DNA of 64,000 bases from Octopus bimaculoides (Eukaryota): positions 110,476,746 to 110,540,745 of the forward strand of contig NC_068982.1 in assembly GCF_001194135.2 (NCBI RefSeq), read 5' to 3'. Shown here in pieces: positions 12,801 to 25,880 of the stretch. The notes under the pieces were generated by a model. It ran no database searches. It was not told the origin of the DNA and was given only the letters and a program-made list of their open reading frames with translations. How positions within the stretch are numbered: the first letter of the stretch is position 1; every line of letters begins with the position of its first letter. A program made the position numbers and the translations under genes.

Positions 12801-15800
12801 TATAAAATTAATTAATTATTCCATTGCCATTTATTAAAAAGGTAGAGTCACAGAATTGATAGCACACCAAACAAGAAATACCTATGGTATTTAATAACGT
12901 TTCTTTATATTCAGAGTCCAAAGCCTGCAAAGATATAGTTTGCATTTCATCCTTTTGAAATTGGTAAAAAAAAAATACCAGGTAAGTATTGGGACCGATA
13001 TTATTGATTGTATCTCTCACAGAACTTGTGGTTTTATGTTTATGTTAGAAACCATTGTTAATACTAAATTCATCACATAAAGAGTGAGAATCTCTTTGGA
13101 CTTGATCATGCCACATCCTTGGTTAAAATGCTTAGTAATTCCTACTGATACTTCATTCAGTTAACCATTTATCCAGACACAAAATAAAGAGAGGGTTCAA
13201 GTTGAAAAATAAAAACAATCTTATTTTTGTTGAAACATGAAGAGAACTGCAGAAGTACCAAATGAGAAGAGTCACCAGTCTGTCCCAGGTAAAAAGCAAA
13301 ACCTCAAAAACATGAAAGCAGTGCTCTCATGTGGCCACAGCCCATGGGCTGGAACAAGAGATATGTATGTATATGTATGCATGCATCAACCAAAAATGAA
13401 ACTTTTGATCAATGATTGACTCCCTGACCCGTTTATAAGAGCAGTAACAACTTGTCTAACACATACCAGCATGGAAATGCAGATATAACACCATGACAAT
13501 CATGATAATATATATATCATCATCATCGTCGTTTAACGTCCACTTTCCATGCTGGCATGGGTGGGACAGTTTGACTGAGGGCTGGCAAGCCAGAAGGCTG
13601 CACCAGGCTCCAATTTTTGTGTGCCACCGGCACAGGAGCCAGTCAGGCGGCACTGGCAACGTCCACACTCCAATGGTACTTTTTATGTGCCACTGGCATC
13701 AACCACGCTTGAATGGTGCTTTTTACATGCCACCATCATGGGAGCCAGTCAGGCAGCACTGGCATCGATCACGCTGAAATGGTGATCACACTGAAATTTT
13801 GTCAAAAACGTTAAGAATAAACCCTGTTCTATGTGACATATTCTACCAGTATCAGAAGTTTGAAAGTGTTTAGTTAAAAAAAATTAATCAAATAATCTGT
13901 AAGTCAAAGTTGACCGCAGCGAAATTTCAACTCAAAACATAAAGACAGATAAAATACTGCTAAGCATTTCGCCCGGCGTACTAACGTTTCTGTGAGGTTG
14001 CCGCCATAGAAAGCAAGCATTCATTTTAGAAATATATTCTTTATTCTTATTACTTAAGCGTTACTTCCTTACATGAAATTTCGTAACATTTTACCTCACA
14101 ACTCTTTTTCTACTAATTTTTGTTCAATGCGACTATGATTCTGAATTCCTCATGCACTTTTCTATCATTTAAGCCTAAGAAAAATATACTTTTAATTTAA
14201 AATTAAAAAATTTATGTTAATTGAATATCTGCCTCACTGCCCCCCTCCTGAGATTGCAGATATTTTGCTGTAACTTTTTTTTCTACTGAACCAAATCTCA
14301 AACTATTTATGCCAAAGTGTAGCTAAGGAGGTGTCCTCTTTAAAACTATTAACAGTTTGCAATTTAGTTGAGAACTGAATTAGTAGTGAAGCTTGGAAGC
14401 TGCTGTGATTGACGAAATGGTGGACTTAAGCATATATTCAACCACTACTGTGGTTGAATGATATATACATATACATATATACACACACACATATATACAT
14501 GCATACACACACACACACACACACACTTTATTACGTTATTTCCCAAATGACCTAAATTTGAAATGCTTAAGAACAATTCAATACATCAAATGTAGTTGTC
14601 CTACTTTTCCAAACATAAAACCGCTTCTGCCACATAAATTGCTAATGAAATTAAAATCAGAAAGGACAACTTAAATTGAATCTTACCTTGCTGTACGCCC
14701 AACTCTGTGAATGTAAGTGTTAGCATCTTCTGGACAGTCAAGTTGGATGACCCAGTTCACTTCAGGTATATCTGAAGAGAAGAAATTAAATTTTCAAAAG
14801 CTAGTGTTGCAGATTAACAAAATGTTAATAGTGATTGTGAAGCTATAAGTCCAAACTTTGCTACAGTAAAGTTAGAATAAGAAAAGAGTATATTTGGTTA
14901 CAATGATACAATATCATACTAACAATTGTTACTTTAGGTACAGGATTACCCCACTCATTTTCAAAGCATAAAGAAATAAAAAATTTTTACGGAAATTAAC
15001 AGATGCATTCAAAAACTGAGTTGCCAATTTTGATGTATGGGGTATCAAAGAATTCAGTAATCTTTTGGCTACCAAATAAATTTTATTTTCATTTACATAT
15101 TTGCATCACAAAAATTTAACATTATAATCTTTCTATAAGTCAACTATTGCAAACAATATTTTATACCACGACGACGACACTTTTTCTATATAAGTGTGTA
15201 CCTTAAAAGACATCCATTTCTCTATATGTTATGAGGAAATACAGTCACTCACTTTCTGTCTCTCATACACATGCACACATACATACAAAAAAGCTGTGCC
15301 GATTCTGTCCATAAGAAAGGAACAAATAATACAATGTGGCTGTAGGTCACAACACCCAGGCAATACCGGGATGCATTGCTAGTTATATATAAAAACACAA
15401 ACTCCTTAAATAACGAAGTAATGGCACCAGCAGTGTTTACGTATAATCACAATTTAGGTTAGTTGAAATATGTCTGTCACATATTCCAACATGCGAAATA
15501 CTTAAAGCAAATGATCATAATTTAACTATTAGTAGTTAAAGTTTAAAACACTTAAATAAAAAAACAAAGAAATAAAATGAAACAACGTAACACATGTAAG
15601 ATTAAAACATAGATGCTGGACAAGAGAATTACATGGGCATAAACCTTAATAGAACCACGTCATTTGCTGCACAAGGTACATAACTCAGTTTGCATCAGTT
15701 GACTTGACAGATAACACGTTTCCTTACTTTTTTCAAAGATGAGTTGTTCAGATTAGAAAGTCAGTCAATTGCAAAAAAACTGTTGCTTCAACAAAAATCA

Positions 15801-18800
15801 TCCAACTCATGATCAAATGAAAATATGAATATAAAACAATACAAAATAACAAAAGGAGCGTTTTCCTCCTCTTTTTATATTTACCAAGTCCACGAGCTGC
15901 AATGTCTGTGGCAAAGAGAACAGCATGTTGCTTGAAACAGAACTGTTGGAAGACTTCCATTCTTTTACGCTGTTTCATCTTGCCATAAAGAGCATGAAGT
16001 GAGATACCTGGCCGCATGTGACACAATGCCTTGAATATATAGCGAACCTGTCATCAAAAAAAAAAAAAGAGAACGAAAATAGGTCAATGATGGTGGATGG
16101 AGGATAGGGTGTATGTGAAGTTACATGGATTTACTGGGTGGAAACATACAGGAGCAGAGGGTAGAAAGTAACAGAATTGAAGATAAGAAGAGAAAGTGAA
16201 AGAGAAAGAGACAAGTAGAACAGAAACCGTGAGGAGAGAGAAGAAGACTGATAAAAGGAAACAATATAAATCTGAAATAAAATAAAAGGAAAGAGAGTAA
16301 GGAGACATAATGGAGATTAAAGAAAAAATTAGTGTGCAATTAATCATATGACAAAAGAATAGTCTTGGAAAAAGTTACTTGAACCAGAACTGAACTTGAT
16401 TCACAGAGAATTAAACATTTCACCATAGCATATCGGTCATCAATGAAATGTTAAAGTGAAAGAAGAATTAGCCTACCTGACTGCATGTGCTCAGAAAAAC
16501 AAGAATTTTTTGTCTTAAATGTTTCTTCAGGAAAGACCACAGTACTGTCATTTTGTCTTCTAGTTCACAGGTTATATAACTCTGAAAAATTGTTTTTAAA
16601 AATCAATAAATAGCATACATATAACTCACAAAATTACAACAGCACCACATGAGGGTGAAAACATACAGAAATGCAGTATTATATGTGTTTCATAACAAGC
16701 CAATGAAGGAATCTCGGCATGGTTACTCAACTTGCTAAAACACCCTATCATCTTAAAAATGGAAGAATAAATTTGAAAAAAGGAAAAGAAAAGATTGAAG
16801 AAAACATGACCAAGATGGGGAATTGAAGAGAGAGTGATGAATGAAAGAGATCCAGAGTGAGAGGGTGAAGGAGATTGAAGAGGGAACGGCATGTGTGGTG
16901 TGAAGGAGGAAGGAGTGTTAAGATGGACAAAGGAAGATGGAAGGAGTAATGGATGGGAGAGTGATGAATAACAATAACGAGTGACAGAGGAGAGAGAAGT
17001 GTAAGAAAGAGTGATATACAATACTAAAGAAGAGGGAGAGAGAGAGAGAGAGATAATAGTGGGGATTGAATACAGACAGATACAATGCTATCCCACATTA
17101 CATATGCAGCATGACAGAAGAGCTCTAGAGTGATAGCAAGGAGGCACAGTAATAGGAGAGCAGATGAATGATAGATGAGAGGGTAACGAAAAGAGGGAAG
17201 TGAGCAATAAATAAAAATTTCATGCTATAATAAGCATTTACCTGAACCAGCTGTGAAGGTGTGCTTTCTTCGGCAAATTCATCAACAGAGATATAAAAGA
17301 GATTGTCCTTGTTTAAACTGAGACGAGCAAGATCTTTCACTGACCTAAAGGACAGGAACACAAATAGGAGTATTACAAATTTACTGATGACAATTATTGT
17401 AATAAAGCAATTTAGTCATTTGTATGTTAATGAAATATGCTTGGGTGGAGCAAGGAAGACATAAGAAGAAGTAGGTGCAATATTACCAGTGTAATTATGT
17501 TGACTTCATAAGACAAATAACTAAATGTTTCTACTATCAAAAATATAGAAAGTGGCATATGGCAGAGAAATGGAGCAGATACCTCATGGTATTCAGCAGC
17601 TTTCCTTTATGTACTGAGTTCAAATCACATTGGGTTTGAAATATTAACCATGTTATTTGTGTTGTTGACTTCAGAAAGATGAAATGCAAAAGAAACTGAT
17701 GTAAATGACTGATCTCCTCTCTTCAAAATTGCTGGCCTTGTCTAAATTGGAAACCATTATTACTATTATATTGCAATTTGTGATAAGCTTCGTTGGTTAC
17801 AGGCTTTCCAATGAGTCAGTGACCAGTCCATTGCATTTCTGACAGCAATGTCACCTTGAGTAACGTATCTTCTATATGGTCTTAAGTTGACCAAAATCTT
17901 ATAAGTGGAATATGGTAGATAAAAATTGTGTATAAGCCCATTACGACTGTTCTCTTCTTGGGTGCTAGACTTAACTGTTACCCCTTTTAACACTACTACC
18001 TAGCTCTTGTGTACCTTTAGCAGGGCACTGCATCTCCAGGCTTAGGGTGATTCCTCTCTTACCTTCACCACTTTAGAGGCCCTGAAAATATAGATATTAA
18101 ACTTCCTCCCTTGCGAGAGAAAGAGAGGTGGTGAGGTCTACTTTTCATACTGAATTTTGTTTTGTTCATTCTAAACTCTAGACCAAACATTCCACAGAGC
18201 TGCTGCTTCATATTCCAACTGTTCTGAATTTAACTCGCCATGGAGATGAATCAATTACTTATGTTATATTTTTACTTTAAAAACTTTTAACCTTCCAATA
18301 CCCATCATTCATGTAAATTGTGAAATTCATCACTATAGATTGTGGGCAGGGAGTTCATTCCTCATTTTTAAGATAACTGTTTGGGGAAAACACTAAACAT
18401 GTCAACCCTCAACATTTGTGGAGGGCTTACAAAGAGCATGAGAACAACCCATCTTCCAACTCAAACAAATAAAATAAAATAAATAAAACCTCACAAAAGG
18501 CAACATACATGAAAAGAATAATTAGTCCTTACTTTGTCTGTGTGGCAGAAAACAATAAAGTCTGTCTGGATGGAGGTAAATTATCCAAAATGGCATTCAT
18601 TGTTTCAGTAAATCCAAGGTCCAGGATACGATCAGCTTCATCAAGAACTGAAAACAAAGTATTGTCATAAGACTGTCAGGTGAAATGGTTCAGAACTTTT
18701 ACATGAATGTGGTGGAAATGGTACAGATGGAGGAGTTGTCAGATGCTTTATATTTTTTTGAAAGTTTCTTTCCTGAGTTCAAATTCTTGTCAGGTTTAGC

Positions 18801-21218
18801 TTTGACCAATCATTCCCAAGTGAGACAATTAAATAAATACCAGCCACATATTGGAGTTTATTCAATTGACTATATTATCCCTTCACATTAAAAGATTATG
18901 GACAAATATAGACATACATTTACAACAATTCATTAATTTCTTGAATGGTTTTGCATAGATTTTTCTATGCTTAGCAGAAGCTGACCAATATAAAGTGTAT
19001 AGAATTGGTAGACAGGAAACTGTTGGAACCTGTTGTATGTGTGAGGTGGGAACAGTGCTGGGGAGACTCCAGTATGCTGATGATCAGGGTCTCAACAACA
19101 AACAAGTTGATGAATTATTGGACAAGTTCCAAATGTGGAAACAGAATTTAGATTCAAGAGACTCAAGTCGATTTAGTAGTTTTAGTGAGCACATAAGTTA
19201 AATACTACTATCAACTGGAATGTAACTATGTAGGATATGTGGAAAGGGAGTATGAAAGAACCCCATACACTACAACCAAGGCAAACAATGTGGGCACAAA
19301 TGGTACAGTGGACTCTCAATCATGCTGATAGATTTCATATGTAAAAGATGCATAAGAGTAGCTAGCAATAGCATCACCCAAGAAATGAAATCTCTGAATT
19401 GTCCACAAAACTCCTTAAAAGAAGTTAATAGCTTTTGTTACCTCAGTCATCTAATCAACAGTGGGTGCACAATTTGCAAGATTGTATGGGAAGGAGAATA
19501 AGGAGATGGGGAGGCAGACTGCCAAAATGGTTCGGTTTGAAGGGTGGATGAGCAAAGAACCATGAGCTGGGGAGGATAGATTGATGAAGATATATGTATA
19601 TGTACCAGTAGGAATTTGATAATCTGGCAATAAGACCAAAGTATAAATATTACATTTATCAATACATCTCACCCACCTACTTTTCATGAACAATCCTCAA
19701 ATTAAATGAGTCTCTTCACTAAGTGTGCTATGCTCTCTCTCTCCCTAAAAAGCTTCATTCTTAAAATGTGTCAAGGAGAGTTGTCTTTTTCTTTAGATCA
19801 AAGGTAAAAATATATCCCTACTGGCTGCAAAATAAAAACCCACTAATTTCACTCATTGCTCCAAATAATTATTATCTTAGAGAAAGGTTTTCAATTAACA
19901 CTTTTCTTCAGATAATAAAATATAAAAGTGACTTACTGAGTATCTGCAGGTTATGGGCATTAAAATTAGGTGTCTCATCCATGTGTTGTAGGAGTCGTCC
20001 TGGAGTACAGATGACAATGTTAGTATACATGATCTGCTTGGATTCCTCTTTTAGGTTCTGTTCAAATATATAGATCAACAAACAAATGTAGAAATATATA
20101 TATAAAGCGATAAACACAGAAAGATATAAGTTATTTTAGTTTCTTTATTGATAAATTACAAGCTATAAACTTTCACATCAAAATCAATAAATATTTTTTT
20201 AATACTACTTTATCTAAGCAATTGCTTGGATTTCAAGTTAACCCTTAGTCACATAATGCACAGTCTGAATTGTCCTTGCAAAACTTTCATGCAGATCAGG
20301 CTTCCTTATTAACTTATTAGTAGGTGAAATAGCTGAATGGAAAAAGGTATTGGAATAATATGTTTTGAGTTCGAATTCAATAAGAAAAAATGAAATATCC
20401 TACATGCTCCATTTGCACTAACTGTTGCAATTAGGTATTAAATATTTTTGAAAATGATCTATTAGTACAAAGAAAAAATTATCATGCACTTGCTTAATTA
20501 TGACATGGGAACTTCTACATGGCAGAAATAGCAACCAAACCTTCCTCAAATCAAACAACCATTTTGAACAAAGAAAGAAAGGTACATTGGATAATGTAGT
20601 TTGAGATAACATTAAAACATGGCTAGAATGTTTTCAATCATATCTCTGTTTAATCAAGATTGACTTGAGACTAAACAACAGTAACCATCTGAGATGTGCA
20701 CACCTATATAACATATCCGACCCATGGGTCATTTTAATCCCACAGTAACTTTGAATTAGAAATGTACCGAACCTTAACTGATATAACTTTAATTCCTACT
20801 ATTGATAGTACATCACATGTCTTCAGATAAATAATTTCTAATCAAGCAGAAGTTACACAGGCCAACTATTCAGCTGTTATAACAGGATCCCTCTTTTTTT
20901 TATTAGTCATGAGAAGAGAGAGACAGTGCCTATGATCTCTGCAGATCCTGTCATAGTAGCAAGATCGATGTAGTTGATGGTAGCCTAAACATTTGCAAGA
21001 GAAACATGTTTGGAAGGGAACTAAGATTTGGTTCAAATACTTGCATGATCATTTTTGATCTGGCCTGACACAAGGTACAAGTGATATTATTGAAATCTGG
21101 TATTTATTTTCAGCATAGACTTGTGATAAAGGCACCCAAGGACCAAGTGATGTTAAATCAGGTAGCATATTAGGCCTACTACACTGGTAATAAGGGTACC
21201 TCAAACCTCATCAAACAA

Positions 21219-21260
<42 letters not shown>

Positions 21261-24200
21261 AAACATTTTAAAAAATATCCAGCAAAGAATATGCTGTAAG
21301 ATCAAAATAGGGAATAATGATAAAATAAAAATAGAAGAGAACCTATTACTTACCATCCCACCAACAGTTAGACCAGCAGAAAAATCATGTTGTTTCCCAA
21401 GCCGTCGAAGAACTGCAAAGGTCTGATAAGCGAGCTCTCTAGTTGGAGATATAACTAGGGCACCTAATCCATCGAGATTAGTCCATTTTTGGCAGTAGAG
21501 ACATTCAAGAAGCTGAAGAACAAACATAGTTTATATTTTATAGTAAAATATTTACTTTAATGTTGTTATGGTTTCTCACCAATAATAATGGTTACTAATT
21601 TAGACACAAGTCCAGTAATTTTTAGGGGAGAGGGTTAGTTAATACTATCAACCCTAGTACTTGACTGGTACATTATTTTATCGGTTCTGGAAGATGAAAG
21701 ACAAAGTTTACCATGACAGGATTTGAACTTGGAATGTACAGGGACTTAACTAAATATCAGAAAACATTGTCTGGCATCCTGGAAAAGCAAGGCCAGTATG
21801 TGAGAGAGTGAACTGGATGTAGAGGTTACCATTGTATCAGTTATGCTAGATATAAAAGCTTTAACAGGGTTCTACTCTCATTATAGGCTTGATGGATGGA
21901 CATGGACTCCTTGTTGAGTTCATCTACTTTTATAGACAAGTATTGTTTCTTTGTCCTATCAGGATGTTCTTTCACACTTAATATAACAGGATGAGTGATA
22001 TTATTAGTTTATTCACCTATGATTTACATGATTACTGCAGCAGATCATTTTTGATCTGGCCTGACACTTGATGCAATTTACAAGTGATATTATTGAAGTC
22101 TGGCATTTATTTTCAAATCCGTTCTGAAATAGAGACGTTAGAATTGAAATAAGGACCACATTATTAGCACCTTTACAATGTTCAAAGGTCACAGAAGAAG
22201 TCAGTTTCAGTACTACCAAGTAAATCAAACACTTTAAATTTCATAATGCTGTTACTGCTTTTTTAGTTTAGTCTGAAGGAAAACTGTGCCATGGCATATG
22301 TCAAATGAACCTGTGTAGAAGAGAGGGTATGCAACATCTAGTCCAAAGCAGGAGAGGATGTTGTAGTGGCAGTAGAAGAGTTGGAGAGCAGAAGAAACAG
22401 TGTATCAATAATCAAGTGATGACAGTGTCAATTTAGCTTTCTACTGAGAAGCTCGATGAACTGAGGCATTGAAAGATGTCTGACCAGGGCTACTTAATAA
22501 CACTGACTACAGGATCTCCTGACTTCATGGTTGGTTGCTTATCACAATACTGATTTGACCATCTGCTGTTCTCATTGTAGTTCAGTTCCTTAACCCTTCA
22601 GCATTTAAACCAACCATATCTGGCTCACATATTCTATCAATTTTATGTTCACTCCGGCAATATCATTCTCAAAATATGCAATCACATCACTGAAATTTAA
22701 AAGTTATGAGATAATGCATGATCAATTTAAAACAATGTGAATAAAAAGCATTACATTTGAAAGAGTAATCTGAATGTTAAAGAGTCAATGAGTTCAAAAA
22801 CAATCTACCCAAAATTAAAATTTAACTTACAGGAATAAGAAAAGCTAGTGTTTTGCCAGATCCAGTTTTGGCAGCTGCAAGAACGTCATGTCCCTGCAAA
22901 GCAATACCTATGGATTCTTTCTGAATTTCTGTTGGCATTATGAATCCAGAATTTTTTATACCTGCAACAACAAAAGAAAGTAATTAAATAGAGTCACTCT
23001 CAATATGAATCATGCAGAATTAATTTAATAAACAGCATGGTGCTTAATGATGGATGGTAATAATAACTTTTTACCTAAGTACATGATTATAAATTTTGGA
23101 GAATGGGTAAGTGATTTGATTAACTTGACTATTTGACAGTTTCTCATGTTAGTGACCTTAAAGGGTGAAATGCAAAGTTAACCTCAGTAAGATATGAACT
23201 TGGAAAAGAAAGGAATGAACTAATTAATAGTATTTTATCTGCTGCTTTACCCCACTTCATAATTGATAGTAATGATTTCATACATTGGCAAAAGGCTACG
23301 CATTTTGAAGAAAGATTGCAGATTTAATTAAATGATGGACACAGCAAAGTTGACTCGGGCGGGATTAAATAATAATTGTTTTTAACAGAAGCACAAGGTC
23401 AGAAATTAGGAGGACAAGGTTAATTGATTACATTGACACTTATTCTTGATTGATATATTATTTTATTGTCCAACCCATGCCAGCATGGAAAACAGATGTT
23501 ATATGAAGATGATGATGACCCTGAAGATATGTAAAGCAAAGTTGACGTTGGTGGGATTTGAACTCAGAATGTAAAGAGCCAGAGTACATAATGCAAAACA
23601 TTTTCCTGATTCTCTAATGATTCAACCAATCTATTGAATTTGGATTAAAGAATAATGATCTCTTTTAACCAGGCACAAAGATTATTGATAAGATTACACT
23701 TGGGTTTAAATGTGTGGTGAAATATTACAGAGAAACTATGATGCCAGGCTCTTAACCACATAGTAAAGAGATTGAATCATCTAGACAAGGTACATAATTA
23801 TGCTTCACACAGAATTCATGGTTGAGAAGTAGCACCTCCAATTGATGGATAAGAAATCAGCACACAGGAAAGGCAGCTAACTGTAAAGACACCTGTTCTA
23901 GCAATATGCAAATATAAACACATTGCATTCATGTAGTAGAGGCAAAACAGCTTGGCTGAGCCCATTCATGAGAATAATCAAATTAATCTGTACAAGTTAA
24001 CAGAATGCTTGTTATATAAAACCTATTCTTAGTGCTGGAATACAAAGCCTATACTCTTGTGTTTTGTTTTGTCCTATATTCGTTTATGTTTCTAAATGGC
24101 AAAGTGAAATTTGAAAGAAATTTGGCAAGTCAACAGTGTAGAGGCTCTGTAGTATATTTATAAGATGCGGAGGCAGTGCCCTAAACGTTACTTCAACCTT

Positions 24201-25880
24201 CTAAACTAGTCAAATAAATGCAGTTTGAACTTCTACAGAAGTAATGTGTGCAGGAGGAAGAAAAGATTGCATTATGGAGTTTAAGGGGAGATACAATACA
24301 TATGTCAAGAGGAAAAGTGGGGACATTAAGTGAGTTAAATAGGTGGCCAATAAACTGTAACTATATCAAATTAGTTATATTTCTCTTTGTAATTGAACTT
24401 TAGGATGAAAATCACAATCTTAGGTCTTTATAATATGAAAATATAATACAAACCAATTTGAGTGCTTTCAGACAATGGGAAGTCTGTAAACTTCCTGATA
24501 GCAGTTGGGTTTAACTGAAATAAAAGATAAATATTTTCAAACTCATATTAAATGAAGATGTGCTGCATTGCAGATCCATCCAATCCTAACCATAATGAAA
24601 AGACAGATGATGACGATCATATTCTTAGTAACAGCCGCAGTACTGTGCTCCTGGTCAAGTCACTTTATTCTGTCAGTCTACTTAGCCGAAAGAGTGACTG
24701 ACAAGGCAAAAAAAGTATCCAACTGACATTAAACATCATAAGCACCACTCTGAGACAAAAAAGGATCCACAATCTCACCAACAGGATAACATATCTATAG
24801 CTTGTCAGCTGTTATTGAAGGTATTTGTTTTAATAACTATGTATATATACATATATATGGAAAATGGTCTAGCCAACCGAAACTAGTGTAGAAAATTTAA
24901 ATAGCAGAATCCAAGAAAAGTAGTGTTGGGTCTGCATCAACAATTAGTAAGTTCAAAATGTTAATAATGTGGAATACATTATTTTGCAATGCAAAAGTCT
25001 AATGTTTTGAACAGATCACATTAGTAACTGTTGGTGTATGTCTGATGGTGGATAAAAGAATTGTGACAGGAGTCTAGAAAAACTAAGAGAACAAAAGGCA
25101 TTCATAAAAAAACTGAAAGCAATCACAAGCAGCAATGGTTTTCAACAAGTGAACTGGCAAAATAAAATGTAGTGTTACAGACTTGGAGAGTTAAGCCAAC
25201 CTCTTTGTGGGCTATATTAGGCCCACAGCTTTGCTATGTCTAAAGGAACCTGTGCCAGAATTGTACAGTCATTATATTGCTGCTATTTTCGAGGCTTCCA
25301 CCTCACCCCACTCTGTTTTTCGGACCCACAAAAGGGTTTTGTAGCATATTAGGATGTCACAGGAATTCATTCAACGAAAAAAAAAAAAAAAAAANNNNNN
25401 NNNNNNNNNNNNNNNNNNNNNNNNNNNNNNNNNNNNNNNNNNNNNNNNNNNNNNNNNNNNNNNNNNNNNNNNNNNNNNNNNNNNNNNNNNNNNNNNNNNN
25501 NNNNNNNNNNNNNNNNNNNNNNNNNNNNNNNNNNNNNNNNNNNNNNNNNNNNNNNNNNNNNNNNNNNNNNNNNNNNNNNNNNNNNNNNNNNNNNNNNNNN
25601 NNNNNNNNNNNNNNNNNNNNNNNNNNNNNNNNNNNNNNNNNNNNNNNNNNNNNNNNNNNNNNNNNNNNNNNNNNNNNNNNNNNNNNNNNNNNNNNNNNNN
25701 NNNNNNNNNNNNNNNNNNNNNNNNNNNNNNNNNNNNNNNNNNNGACTTTGATGAAGTGAGTAATTCTTTTCGCTTCTTTTCTCCTCTTTTACCAGCAAAT
25801 TCCTTGTCTTTTGGTCTTTTGTCGCGTGGATGTTTTTTATATTGAAATTTTCCAGCATTTGTACTTCGATCAGGAAACAT
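214..25880 (-). CDS. DDX10: Probable ATP-dependent DEAD-box RNA helicase DDX10 (Dbp4); 19 coding exons, whole-gene span
   Basis: Manual splice reconstruction gives the Q motif (FTDFPLS..PTEIQ), motif I AKTGSGKT, Ia SPTRELA, Ib [32 protein letters not shown] and [10 protein letters not shown]. The C-terminus ([18 protein letters not shown]) resembles the human DDX10 end as I recall it. Exons 2-19 sum to 2340 nt with consistent phases. Confidence 0.96.
1005..1147 (-). CDS. DDX10: DDX10 exon 18 (143 nt)
   Basis: tattag|[47 protein letters not shown]|gtatgt; acidic tail, phase matches both neighbours. Confidence 0.85.
1327..2720 (+). mobile_element. 5'-truncated RTE-clade LINE in DDX10 intron 17 (antisense to host)
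   Basis: RT motifs [24 protein letters not shown] and LYADD, followed by a C4HC3 finger and thumb region; in-frame stop at 2182; closely similar to 59146-62613. Confidence 0.93.
3212..3256 (-). CDS. DDX10: DDX10 exon 17 (45 nt)
   Basis: ttttag|[15 protein letters not shown]|gtaact; phase 0/0, at the position of the basic EKRLK-like segment. Confidence 0.85.
3610..4119 (+). mobile_element. RTE LINE 3' fragment
   Basis: RRLHWFGYV...[12 protein letters not shown]-terminal motifs, then a 3' UTR ending in a GAT tail. Confidence 0.85.
5744..5902 (-). CDS. DDX10: DDX10 exon 16 (159 nt)
   Basis: tttcag|[53 protein letters not shown]|gtaagt. Confidence 0.93.
6801..6926 (-). CDS. DDX10: DDX10 exon 15 (126 nt)
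   Basis: tttcag|[42 protein letters not shown]|gttagt. Confidence 0.93.
8431..8827 (-). CDS. DDX10: DDX10 exon 14 (397 nt)
   Basis: ttgtag|[18 protein letters not shown]...acidic/Ser-rich linker...[21 protein letters not shown]|gtagag. Confidence 0.93.
9015..9245 (+). mobile_element. tRNA-type SINE (family A), preceded by the 3' end of another copy
   Basis: GGCGGCGAGCTGGCAGAAACG head, B-box-like GAGTTCAAATTCC, shared core; many similar copies in this window. Confidence 0.8.
9350..9438 (-). CDS. DDX10: DDX10 exon 13 (89 nt)
   Basis: ttgcag|[29 protein letters not shown]|gtatgt; DDX10/Dbp4 C-terminal extension domain. Confidence 0.94.
10090..10286 (-). mobile_element. SINE family A with 19-bp target site duplication
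   Basis: Reverse-complement match to 9015-9245; AATCTTATAGTAATATTAA at both 10071-10089 and 10287-10305. Confidence 0.88.
11506..11593 (-). CDS. DDX10: DDX10 exon 12 (88 nt)
   Basis: ttacag|[29 protein letters not shown]|gtattc. Confidence 0.93.
11807..11908 (-). CDS. DDX10: DDX10 exon 11 (102 nt)
   Basis: ttccag|[33 protein letters not shown]|gtgagt. Confidence 0.95.
13517..13790 (-). mobile_element. RTE 3' UTR/tail fragment
   Basis: Same sequence as the 3' end of the 59146-62613 element (CATCATCGTTTAACGTCCACTTTCCATGC on +); GAT tail abuts a short (TA)n. Confidence 0.8.
13900..14006 (-). mobile_element. SINE family A, 5' part
   Basis: Reverse complement of the family A head (GGCGGC..GAAACGTTAG..CCGGGCGAAATGCTTAGC). 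Confidence 0.7.
14687..14771 (-). CDS. DDX10: DDX10 exon 10 (85 nt)
   Basis: cttcag|[27 protein letters not shown]|gtaaga; motif VI. Confidence 0.96.
15885..16047 (-). CDS. DDX10: DDX10 exon 9 (163 nt)
   Basis: tgacag|[54 protein letters not shown]|gtaaat. Confidence 0.95.
16477..16581 (-). CDS. DDX10: DDX10 exon 8 (105 nt)
   Basis: tttcag|[35 protein letters not shown]|gtaggc. Confidence 0.94.
17242..17344 (-). CDS. DDX10: DDX10 exon 7 (103 nt)
   Basis: ctttag|[34 protein letters not shown]|gtaaat. Confidence 0.95.
18533..18647 (-). CDS. DDX10: DDX10 exon 6 (115 nt)
   Basis: tttcag|[37 protein letters not shown]|gtaagg; DEAD and SAT motifs. Confidence 0.96.
19050..19420 (+). mobile_element. 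Highly degenerate RTE RT fragment in DDX10 intron 5
   Basis: [21 protein letters not shown] parallels [20 protein letters not shown] of the better RTE copies. Confidence 0.6.
19937..20057 (-). CDS. DDX10: DDX10 exon 5 (121 nt)
   Basis: gaacag|[40 protein letters not shown]|gtaagt. Confidence 0.95.
21354..21512 (-). CDS. DDX10: DDX10 exon 4 (159 nt)
   Basis: cttcag|[53 protein letters not shown]|gtaagt. Confidence 0.96.
22831..22961 (-). CDS. DDX10: DDX10 exon 3 (131 nt)
   Basis: ttgcag|[43 protein letters not shown]|gtaagt; Walker A. Confidence 0.96.
24454..24514 (-). CDS. DDX10: DDX10 exon 2 (61 nt)
   Basis: tttcag|[21 protein letters not shown]|gtttgt; start of the Q motif. Confidence 0.92.
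25744..25880 (-). CDS. DDX10: DDX10 exon 1 (visible part; 3' end and donor lost in N gap)
   Basis: ATG at 25880 opens the Lys-rich [45 protein letters not shown], as expected for a DDX10 basic N-terminus. It runs into the gap, so the start codon is inferred. Confidence 0.7.

Noticed and set aside
362-25394. Intronic snoRNAs, expected in a ribosome-biogenesis host gene
   Set aside because: No convincing C/D or H/ACA box pair with terminal stem seen by eye; an Infernal/snoscan search would be needed.
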